Shown here: one piece after another, positions 1-8,422 of the stretch
Layout: the number at the start of each line of letters is the position of its first letter
Position numbering within the stretch: position 1 is the first letter of the stretch
Origin: Waterburya sp.
GTDB taxonomy: Bacteria; Cyanobacteriota; Cyanobacteriia; Cyanobacteriales; Xenococcaceae
Assembly (NCBI GenBank): GCA_965217895.1
Contig: CBDCJV010000002.1
Location: 288,001-352,000, forward strand
Reading direction: 5' to 3'
DNA: 64,000 bases
Program-made: the position numbers and the translations under genes
The notes under the pieces: model-generated
What the model saw: only the letters and a program-made list of their open reading frames with translations
Told to the model about the DNA's origin: nothing
Database searches by the model: none

Positions 1-459
1 ACTGAAACTAGTTCTTTATCTTTAGAGTCTCAGGTGAAAAAATCTACTTCTTTAGACGTGGCTCTAAACAATAATAAACCGACCCTGACGGAGTTTTATG
101 CAGATTGGTGTACTAGTTGTCAGGCGATGGCGACCGATTTGGGACAAATAAAACAGGCTTATGGCGATCGCGCTAATTTTGTGATGCTCAACGTAGATAA
201 TACCAAATGGCTGCCAGAAATGCTCCGTTACCGAGTTGATGGTATTCCTCACTTTGTATTTATGGATAATGAGGGAAAAGCGATCGCCGAATCTATAGGA
301 GAACAACCTCGCGGAATTTTAGAGGCGGATTTGGATGCTCTAATTGCTAACAATCCTATTCCTTACGCTAATAACCGAGGTCAAGTTTCGCAGGTAGAAT
401 CAAAAGTTACGGTTACCGACAACAGCGATCCTCGCAGTCATGGTGCAGATGTTAAATAA
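1..459 (+). CDS. txlA: Thylakoid thioredoxin-like protein TxlA/HCF164 family (5' end outside window)
   Basis: FYADWCTSC thioredoxin motif, VDGIPHF cis-Pro loop and C-terminal DPRSHG typical of cyanobacterial TxlA; frame is open from base 1. Confidence 0.8.
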   Translation, partial: TETSSLSLESQVKKSTSLDVALNNNKPTLTEFYADWCTSCQAMATDLGQIKQAYGDRANFVMLNVDNTKWLPEMLRYRVDGIPHFVFMDNEGKAIAESIGEQPRGILEADLDALIANNPIPYANNRGQVSQVESKVTVTDNSDPRSHGADVK

Positions 460-838
460 CTAATAGGTAATGACCTCGTGTGCGATTTTTAATCAGAAAT
501 AAGTTTTGAAAACGAATTGGATAAACAAAGTGGTAATTAAGTCAAAAAGCAACAGTATGTGCCAGAAGTGGGCGATTGATACGACTAGTAGATATGGGCG
601 TAAATAGAGTAACTATTCAGATGGGATTTTCATTTTCAAATTAAAAGTTGCACACGGCACATATACTACGATAAATATAACTTCTACCTCAATCTCTCTA
701 GATAAATACTAATAAAATTGCCAGTTAAATATCTGTCCTACGATGTAGATAGTTTTAGCGATATCGAATAATATTAATTACCTAAGCTTGTATAAGCTTG
801 GCTAAAGAATTTGTATTTAATTGTGTGGTGTGAAAAAC

Positions 839-1582
839 ATGAATATTAAAACTAGTATTTTGGCAGCATTGGCTGTAGCGATAGTTCCCGCAGCAGTTCA
901 AGCGCAAGAAACTAACGGCTATGAAAACTATAAGGTAGCCTGTGAATCTGGTGCTAATTGCAGCGATTTTAAGGTGGATTATCAGCAGCCTAACAGCAAT
1001 GACGAAATTGCTCAGTATGGATCTGAATACGGAAGAACCAGAAGAACTCGTCGCACTCGCAGTACTTTTGATAGTCAGTTGAGCAAGATCTACGTGAGAG
1101 GAAATCTTGGGGTATTTCTTCCTGGTGGTAATGCAAATACAGGTTTTGGTGGAGGCGGTTTGGTTGGCTACAACCTCACCAAGAACATTGCAGCAGAATT
1201 AGAAATTTTTGACTATTTTGGCGGCACGGATGTAGATAATCTCGATTATAACTATCTGGGCATTGTTGCCAACGGTGTGTATAAATATCCTTTTGGTACC
1301 GATTCAAAAAGTCCCTACGCTTTTGGTGGTGCGGGCATAGGTGTTGGTGTCAGCAATCTTAGTGGCAGCGTTGCCGATGCGGTTGATGCTGTAGGTGGTG
1401 ACACTAGTGGAACAGGCTTTTTGTTTCAAGGTAAAGTTGGTGCAGGCTATCCCATTACAGATAAGATCGATGCTGTTGGTCAAGTGCGGTACGTCAATAC
1501 GTCTACTGATTATGCTGTAAGCGGTGTAAGCGGTGTTGATGATTCTTTCGCTATCGATCTAGGTGCAACATATAAGTTTTAG
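839..1582 (+). CDS. Outer-membrane beta-barrel protein (OmpA/OmpW-like 8-stranded)
   Basis: Signal peptide ending AVQA, alternating amphipathic strands, PYAFGGAGIG, C-terminal YKF. Confidence 0.75.
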   Translation: MNIKTSILAALAVAIVPAAVQAQETNGYENYKVACESGANCSDFKVDYQQPNSNDEIAQYGSEYGRTRRTRRTRSTFDSQLSKIYVRGNLGVFLPGGNANTGFGGGGLVGYNLTKNIAAELEIFDYFGGTDVDNLDYNYLGIVANGVYKYPFGTDSKSPYAFGGAGIGVGVSNLSGSVADAVDAVGGDTSGTGFLFQGKVGAGYPITDKIDAVGQVRYVNTSTDYAVSGVSGVDDSFAIDLGATYKF

Positions 1583-1624
1583 TTTGAATCACAGCTAGGT
1601 TACTAAATCTATAAATCGATCTGG

Positions 1625-1654
1625 ATGGAAGCTTGAAATCAAGCTTCCATTTTT
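1625..1654 (+). terminator. Intrinsic terminator
   Basis: ATGGAAGCTTG-AAAT-CAAGCTTCCAT perfect stem followed by a T run, between convergent genes. Confidence 0.75.
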
Positions 1655-1678
1655 GATGTTTATTTATTGGCAATTGAA

Positions 1679-2113
1679 TTATAGATATTTCTGCACTACA
1701 TCCCAACCTGTCCAGGATACATAAGCTAACCCAACAAACAGAATAGCATTAGTAGTAATGTGAAGCGATCGCGCCCAGCTATTACGGGAATCGATCTGGT
1801 TAGCACTCCAGGCAGACAGACAAATTAGCCCAACGACAAATAATCCTGCCCATAAATGGGAAGAATGCCCAAGACTGCCATAGTAGCCTACTGTACCAAC
1901 TATACCGATCGCCAGCAGCAAAAGAACAAGAAAGACAATTATAATTCCGCTAACAAAATGTGCGTTTCTCAGCCAAGCAGGACGACCAATTTTCGTAGCA
2001 CGTCCATAAAACATCCAAGTTCCTGAAAAGAGAAGCAGAAAGTAAAAAGCGATCGCGCCTCCCATTGCCCAAGCAGCAATTTTCCACAGCCAAATAAAAG
2101 ATGGTAAATCCAA
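1679..2113 (-). CDS. DUF4079-like membrane protein
   Basis: Four TM helices with spaced His residues; conserved cyanobacterial MDLPSFIWLWKIAAW start. Confidence 0.65.
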   Translation of the reverse strand: MDLPSFIWLWKIAAWAMGGAIAFYFLLLFSGTWMFYGRATKIGRPAWLRNAHFVSGIIIVFLVLLLLAIGIVGTVGYYGSLGHSSHLWAGLFVVGLICLSAWSANQIDSRNSWARSLHITTNAILFVGLAYVSWTGWDVVQKYL

Positions 2114-2234
2114 ACCAATTTATTACACAAAATTTTGCATCTATCTCTTAGTATAAACATAGGGGCCGCTAAATATAGCAACCCCACAAAATATGCTCTT
2201 TAATTTGAATCAATTTTCTAGCTTGTTAATAACT

Positions 2235-2588
2235 TTATACGGAAATGTTGAATGACGTAGAAACTTTCTGACTATTTTGGGAATTATTTTCTATTTGCTT
2301 ATCTTCTTGATTCTTTTTTTCCTTTTCATCTATTGCCTGTAAAGCAAGTCTAAGACAAGGAATAGTATCAGAAAGTATTGAGCTTGCCATCATTCCTGAA
2401 TGTATTTCTAAAATAGCCTTGATATTTGCTTCAAACACTAATCTTTGACCAGGAAAGACGACTCGTTCAAAATACCAGTTCGGTATATTAGTAATTCTAG
2501 CGATCTGAATTTGGCTAGTTGCGTTTACATAACAACATAAAATGCTGTCATTTTCATCATTTGGCAGAGGATCTAAAATTTGTGACAT
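2235..2588 (-). CDS. DUF1830 domain protein
   Basis: CCYVNATSQIQIARITNIPNWYFERVVFPGQRLVFEA signature; likely start MSQILDPLP. Confidence 0.8.
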   Translation of the reverse strand: MSQILDPLPNDENDSILCCYVNATSQIQIARITNIPNWYFERVVFPGQRLVFEANIKAILEIHSGMMASSILSDTIPCLRLALQAIDEKEKKNQEDKQIENNSQNSQKVSTSFNISV

Positions 2589-3017
2589 AGCTGTTGAAGA
2601 GAGTTGTTTAAAAACGTTTTTTATTGGCTTATATAAGCTAACATTCTCCGATCCCAATTAGTTGTAAAACTAGCTACCGATGGATATTTATCTGTTCTTT
2701 GATTGGTATCTATAAAGACAGGATTGAAGATTTCTCTTTAAAAATTTTTTCTGATTTTCAAAAAATAAATAAATCTAAACATATTTTTGCAAAATTGGGC
2801 AACTAAAAATTTTGTATTTATATTTACAAAAAGCCTTTACAGCTTCAATAGAAAAATAGGGCTGATTTATAAACATTTTGCAGATTTGGTTGATCGTAGT
2901 AAATAATATCGCTAAAGTTAAGTTATATGAATAAATTATTCTCACTGAAAGCTAAAAATAGATATTTGCCGCCCATAAGCTCATAAAGTTTGTAAAAATT
3001 AATAATATAATTAAGCT

Positions 3018-4589
3018 ATGACTCAACGGATTCTCTATGTTCGTCTTCCCTGTAACCCAATTTTTCCAATTGGGGTAGTATATTTAGCCGATCACGTTCA
3101 TAAGCTGTTTCCTCAAGTTCAGCAGAAGATATTTGATTTAGGTACAGTTCCTCCCTTAGATTTTAATAATGCCTTAGATAAATGTATTGATGAATTTAAA
3201 CCATCATTATTGGTCTTTTCTTGGCGAGATATCCAGATTTACGCACCAGTAGGAGGAAGAGGCGGAAATCCTTTACAAAACGCTTTTGAACTTTACTATG
3301 CCAAAAATCCTCTGATCAAACTTAGAGGAGCGTTAGGTGGTTTAAAAGTAGCTACTGCTTATTATGGAGAATTATGGCGAAACGTAGGTTTGGTTAAACG
3401 AGGACTAAAAAGAGCCAGAAAACATACCCCAAAAGCCCGTACTATTGTTGGAGGTGGTGCAGTCAGCGTATTTTATGAGCAGTTAAAACAAGATTTGCCC
3501 AAGGGAACAATTGTTTCTGTTGGGGAAGGAGAACAGTTGCTAGAGAAAATTTTAAATAATCAGGAATTCCGCGACGAACGCTGTTATGTAGTAGGAGAGA
3601 ATAACATTAGGGACAGGCTAATTCATGAATGGCCTACTCCTATTGAAAAAAGTGCCTGCAACTACGACTATATTGCCACTATTTGGTCTGAATTTGCCTA
3701 TTATCTCCAAGAAAACGATTTTTACATTGGAGTGCAAACTAAAAGAGGTTGTCCTCATAATTGCTGCTATTGTGTCTACACAGTGGTAGAAGGTAAACAA
3801 GTAAGAATCAATCCTGCTGATGAAGTAGTCAAAGAAATGCGTCAGCTTTATGAACGAGGGATTCGCAATTTTTGGTTTACTGATGCTCAATTTATTCCCG
3901 CCAAAAAATATATTCCTGATGCCATCGAATTACTCCAGAAAATAGTTGATTCTGGAATAAAAGATATTCATTGGGCAGCATATATCAGGGCAGATAATGT
4001 AACTCCTGAACTAGCTGATTTAATGGTTAAAACAGGAATGAATTACTTTGAGATTGGTATTACCAGCGGTTCACAAGAACTTGTTCGTAAGATGCGGATG
4101 GGCTATAATCTGCGGACTGTTTTACAAAACTGTCGAGATCTCAAAACAGCAGGCTTTAACGATCTGGTTTCGGTTAACTATTCTTTCAACGTTATCGACG
4201 AAACCCAGGAAACAATTAAGCAAACTGTTGCCTATCATCGAGAGTTAGAAACAATCTTTGGTGCAGATAAAGTAGAGCCGGCAATTTTCTTTATCGGTTT
4301 ACAACCCCATACTCATTTAGAAGAATATGCCTTTGAGAAAAATATTCTTAAGCCTGGATATAATCCGATGAGCTTAATGCCTTGGACAGCCAAAAAACTG
4401 CTTTGGAATCCTGAACCATTGGGTTCTTTCTTTGGTGAAGTATGTCTTCAAGCCTGGAAGCAAAACCCCAATGACTTTGGTAGAGAAGTGATGCAAATCT
4501 TAGAAAATAAGTTAGGTAAAGCTCCTCTAGAAGAAGCGTTAACTGCTCCTGTAAAATTAGATCGGCAAAAGATCACTGCTGCTGTTTAA
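3018..4589 (+). CDS. B12-binding-type radical SAM protein (photosystem II high-light acclimation family)
   Basis: RGCPHNCCYC CxxxCxxC motif, N-terminal PIFPIGVVYLAD; conserved context next to DUF1830. Confidence 0.85.
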   Translation: MTQRILYVRLPCNPIFPIGVVYLADHVHKLFPQVQQKIFDLGTVPPLDFNNALDKCIDEFKPSLLVFSWRDIQIYAPVGGRGGNPLQNAFELYYAKNPLIKLRGALGGLKVATAYYGELWRNVGLVKRGLKRARKHTPKARTIVGGGAVSVFYEQLKQDLPKGTIVSVGEGEQLLEKILNNQEFRDERCYVVGENNIRDRLIHEWPTPIEKSACNYDYIATIWSEFAYYLQENDFYIGVQTKRGCPHNCCYCVYTVVEGKQVRINPADEVVKEMRQLYERGIRNFWFTDAQFIPAKKYIPDAIELLQKIVDSGIKDIHWAAYIRADNVTPELADLMVKTGMNYFEIGITSGSQELVRKMRMGYNLRTVLQNCRDLKTAGFNDLVSVNYSFNVIDETQETIKQTVAYHRELETIFGADKVEPAIFFIGLQPHTHLEEYAFEKNILKPGYNPMSLMPWTAKKLLWNPEPLGSFFGEVCLQAWKQNPNDFGREVMQILENKLGKAPLEEALTAPVKLDRQKITAAV

Positions 4590-4661
4590 GGAACATAATA
4601 TATTTACTTAAAGGTGTATTGTATTCAATCGCGCTTTAATTTAATTAATTATTTATTTACT

Positions 4662-6035
4662 ATGCTGGAAGGTTCAATATTACAGAGATTAGACGAAGCT
4701 CATCGTCACGGCAAACGACCTTTAAACTTTGGAGTTTATTACAAAAACACTTTAGTTGCTCTATGTCATGCGCTAGAGGACTTCATTTTAGATTCAAATA
4801 GCCCACCTCTGATGGTAACAGCTTTTCAGCGTGGTAAATGGTATTTAGAAGAAGCCGATCGCTATAATGATCTGGCAGATAAATCAAATCATGTAGTCAT
4901 AATGGCAACCCCCGAAGCTGGGTTTGATAGCCATCCTACTAGCCAGAAAGAAAACGTATCCCTAATCGATCTCAAGCCAGAAGATCCCGTTGCCGAAGAG
5001 TGGCATTTGATGATTCTTTCACCTACCTATACAGCCATGGTGCTATGCCAGGAACTGTCTGATGCTGATTATGGTAATAACAAACCCCAAAAAGATTTAG
5101 AGCGAAAATTTTATGGCTTTTGGACGTTTGAACCAAAGTTAGTGCGCGAAACAGTCGAACTGGCGATCGATCATATAAGAGGCTACAATTCAGAGCTAGC
5201 TGAAATAATGACAACAAAAGTAGCTAAAATGACTGCTGAGTCGGGTACAAGACAAAGAGATGACTTAGATGCAGTGGTGTCTCAGGTAGTCAAGTATCTG
5301 CAAGACTCCAAAAAAACTCTCCATCAACCAGGGCAAGGTTCTAGCTTCAAAGGTTTTGAAGATTTGGATGAAAATATCGTGTCCAATGAGATGCAAGCCT
5401 TCTTACGCATGGCGCAGCTACTAGATACTACTGACGTTAGCAATCCGATGGCTGCATCTGAGGTGGCAGCAATGGCTGAAGCAATGGCACAATTATTGGA
5501 TCTTCCTGCTTGGCAGGCAAAACGACTTTATTTATCGGGATTGTTGCATCGCGTTGGGTTACCTGAAGTAACAAGAAGCCATAATAAGCAGTCTCAAACA
5601 CAAGCAAAAACTTCAGATCATAGTAAATTTTTGCCTAAAGCCTCAGTATTACGAGCTATGTCCCAATTAGAAGCCGTATCAGAAATACTCATCCATCAAA
5701 GGGAAGCTTGGGATGGTTCGGGGATTCCTGCGGGGCTAGCTTACGATGCTATTCCTTTAGAGTCGAGAATCTTGTGTTTATTGGCAGACTTTCAGCAAAA
5801 AATGAAGGCATACAAGCAGTATTCTGGGGATAAAAATCCTGCTGCTAAAGCTTTAGAAGATTGTCAGGCCTTAGCAGGTAAGAGATACGATCCTAAACTG
5901 TTAGATGCTTTGTCGCTTTTGGTTATGGGTATACAGCAGGGTATGACTCTTGAGACTTATCGACCTAAAATTGCTGCTGGAATGTGGTTAGTAGATTCGG
6001 AAAATGCTCGTAAAAATAAGACAACATCTTCTTGA
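4662..6035 (+). CDS. DICT sensory domain protein with degenerate HD-GYP-like domain
   Basis: N-terminal LCHALED/AFQRGKWY/EWHL DICT motifs; C-terminal HQREAWDGSGIP...IPLESRI...YDP. Confidence 0.75.
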   Translation: MLEGSILQRLDEAHRHGKRPLNFGVYYKNTLVALCHALEDFILDSNSPPLMVTAFQRGKWYLEEADRYNDLADKSNHVVIMATPEAGFDSHPTSQKENVSLIDLKPEDPVAEEWHLMILSPTYTAMVLCQELSDADYGNNKPQKDLERKFYGFWTFEPKLVRETVELAIDHIRGYNSELAEIMTTKVAKMTAESGTRQRDDLDAVVSQVVKYLQDSKKTLHQPGQGSSFKGFEDLDENIVSNEMQAFLRMAQLLDTTDVSNPMAASEVAAMAEAMAQLLDLPAWQAKRLYLSGLLHRVGLPEVTRSHNKQSQTQAKTSDHSKFLPKASVLRAMSQLEAVSEILIHQREAWDGSGIPAGLAYDAIPLESRILCLLADFQQKMKAYKQYSGDKNPAAKALEDCQALAGKRYDPKLLDALSLLVMGIQQGMTLETYRPKIAAGMWLVDSENARKNKTTSS

Positions 6036-6121
6036 ACAATTTAAGACTTATAGCTAAAAGCCTAAAGCTTTTAAATAAAATCCATCTTTAATCTTTAATA
6101 AATACCGAAGCAACATTTACA

Positions 6122-6772
6122 ATGACCGTAGAACAAATTCGCACAGGACAACAAAAGCACTTTCCTGGTATAGATTTAGAAGATGAAGAATTAGATAATT
6201 GTCAACTGGAAAAAATTAATTTGGCTGGGGCAAATTTAGTCGGAGTCGATTTTTCTCACTCTAATCTCAAAGGAGCAAGATTGGATGGAGCAAATCTTTT
6301 AGGAGCAAATTTTAAGTTAACAGATCTTCGAGCAAATCTTTTGGGTGCTAATTTAATGCAGGCTGATCTTAGTAATGCGGATTTGCGCGGTAGTAATTTA
6401 CGGGGAGCAAACTTAATGGGGGCAAAATTGTCTCAAGCCTCCCTTTCTGGAGCATTCTTAAGTGGAGCAAATTTAACTGGAGTTAATTTGAAAGGAGTGG
6501 ATTTGCGAGGTGCGGACTTGCGAGGGGTAAACCTTAATAGTGCTAATCTCAAAGGCGCAAACTTATCTCAAGCTGATTTACAGGGGGCGAACCTTAGTGA
6601 TACCAACCTGGAAGAAGCTGATTTAAGAGGTGCAAACTTAGCTGGGGCTGACTTATCGGGGGCTAATCTACTTTGTGCTGAATTAGAAGGTAGTAATTTA
6701 AATGGTGCTAACTTAGAGCGAGCCTGTATGTTGGGTACTGAAATATCAAGTAATTTGAAAGAAAAACGCTAG
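6122..6772 (+). CDS. Pentapeptide repeat protein
   Basis: Continuous A(D/N)LxG pentapeptide repeats. Confidence 0.95.
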   Translation: MTVEQIRTGQQKHFPGIDLEDEELDNCQLEKINLAGANLVGVDFSHSNLKGARLDGANLLGANFKLTDLRANLLGANLMQADLSNADLRGSNLRGANLMGAKLSQASLSGAFLSGANLTGVNLKGVDLRGADLRGVNLNSANLKGANLSQADLQGANLSDTNLEEADLRGANLAGADLSGANLLCAELEGSNLNGANLERACMLGTEISSNLKEKR

Positions 6773-6928
6773 AGGTAATTGACAATTTGGAAAAGGAAAT
6801 AGAATCAACTGATATTTCCAAACCTAGTAAATCTTTGGTTCAGTTGTGTTGAGTTGTTTTTCAAGTGGGCATAACGCTTATTTATTAATCAGACCTTTAA
6901 TGTCCACTTGATTTTAATCAATCGACTA

Positions 6929-8044
6929 TTACCTAATTTCTTCTACTTTTCTTAGTTCCTCAACATATTGACCGTTGGTTAGAAAGTTAACCCTAGCTTT
7001 TAGGAATTCGCTATATCTATAAATATCGTCTAAACAATTAATTCCTTCTTTAACTCCTTGGTCATTAACGCCCATAACGAATATACTTTGATTTTTTGAA
7101 TTAAGATAAAGTCTGCAAATAGTTTGATTTACCCTTCCATCTAAATTTATGCCAAAGTAGTTCACTGTATCTTTATATTGCAATCTGTTGATATCAAAAA
7201 CTTCTCGAAGAATTGCTTTAACAATATAAAATCCTTCTAATTCCTGTTCTGTGGTCACAATTTTCTTGTCTTCGGGATCATCAATCTTAGGCTCTGCTTT
7301 TGATTTTTCTTTGGTTGAGGTGTCGTTATCATCATCCATTGCAGACTTAATTTTTTCTGCAATTATTTCATTGATAAACTCTTTTAGCGATGTTTTAGTA
7401 ATTTCAGTAAACTTTTCTACTGCGAGTGCGGTCATACTTTTAGAATAAACTTGCCTACCAAAAAATTTGACAAAATCAGGAGAGGGATTTCCTAATTGCT
7501 CTGCCATAATTCGTTTAATTTCTTTAGTAAACAAGAGGGTTTCAGCAGCATTACTCAACACTTTGGGGTCAAAACTTGTTTTGGAAAATCCTTTTAGTTC
7601 ATTTATATCTGAATCACCAAACTTGAGCATATTAAACTCAAAAAATGGTTTGGTGTCCATAACATGGTTTTTATCAATATCTGTGTAGAAACGATAAACA
7701 ATACCATTGGTCAAGATGCCAAATCTTGCTTCTGTATTTTGAAAATATTTGTGTAACTGTGCAGTATGTCTTACGTTATCTAGTTTATCGTGACAACATT
7801 TACATTCAATCAACATTATTGGTTTGCTATCTGCCAAAATTGCGTAATCTACTTTGTCATTTCTTAATACTGGAATATCAGCGGTAAACTCTGGAAACAC
7901 TTCAAAAGGATCACGAGTATCGTATCCCAAAGCTTCTATAAAAGGCATAATAAAAGAGTTTTTTGTAGCTTGCTCATTTAAAGCTCCGCCTTTTATCTTT
8001 TCAATATTTTGAGCTATTGTTTTTATTTGATCTACAAAGTCCAT
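6929..8044 (-). CDS. Type I restriction enzyme HsdR N-terminal domain protein (PD-(D/E)xK nuclease, stand-alone)
   Basis: NEQATK..FIMPFIEALGY, KVDYAI, IECK, QLHKYF, GILTNG motifs; no helicase domain. Confidence 0.8.
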   Translation of the reverse strand: MDFVDQIKTIAQNIEKIKGGALNEQATKNSFIMPFIEALGYDTRDPFEVFPEFTADIPVLRNDKVDYAILADSKPIMLIECKCCHDKLDNVRHTAQLHKYFQNTEARFGILTNGIVYRFYTDIDKNHVMDTKPFFEFNMLKFGDSDINELKGFSKTSFDPKVLSNAAETLLFTKEIKRIMAEQLGNPSPDFVKFFGRQVYSKSMTALAVEKFTEITKTSLKEFINEIIAEKIKSAMDDDNDTSTKEKSKAEPKIDDPEDKKIVTTEQELEGFYIVKAILREVFDINRLQYKDTVNYFGINLDGRVNQTICRLYLNSKNQSIFVMGVNDQGVKEGINCLDDIYRYSEFLKARVNFLTNGQYVEELRKVEEIR

Positions 8045-8422
8045 AAAATTGACCTACACAAAATATTTTAATTCATAAGCCAATTTTCTCAAAAAATAAA
8101 ACTTGAGGCAGGATCTCGATCACTTTATCGACAGATTTTATTTTTCTTAGTACATATTTGAGCGATCGCCATATTCCACGTTTTAGAAGGGTACGCTATA
8201 CGGTACATGATAAAATCCATTTCCATGAAACCATTTACTGTCAGAGAAGCAGAAAATATAGTTCGAGTCTTAAAAATGGGTCGTCATTACGAGTATTTGT
8301 CAGCTAGGATGTCTATATCTAACTAGCAATCGCTGTGTTTGCTCCCCCAACATTTTCTTAAATTACTTCAAAAAAGTAGGATATTTGTTCTATAGTGATG
8401 CTGTAAGAATCCAAAGTGATTA

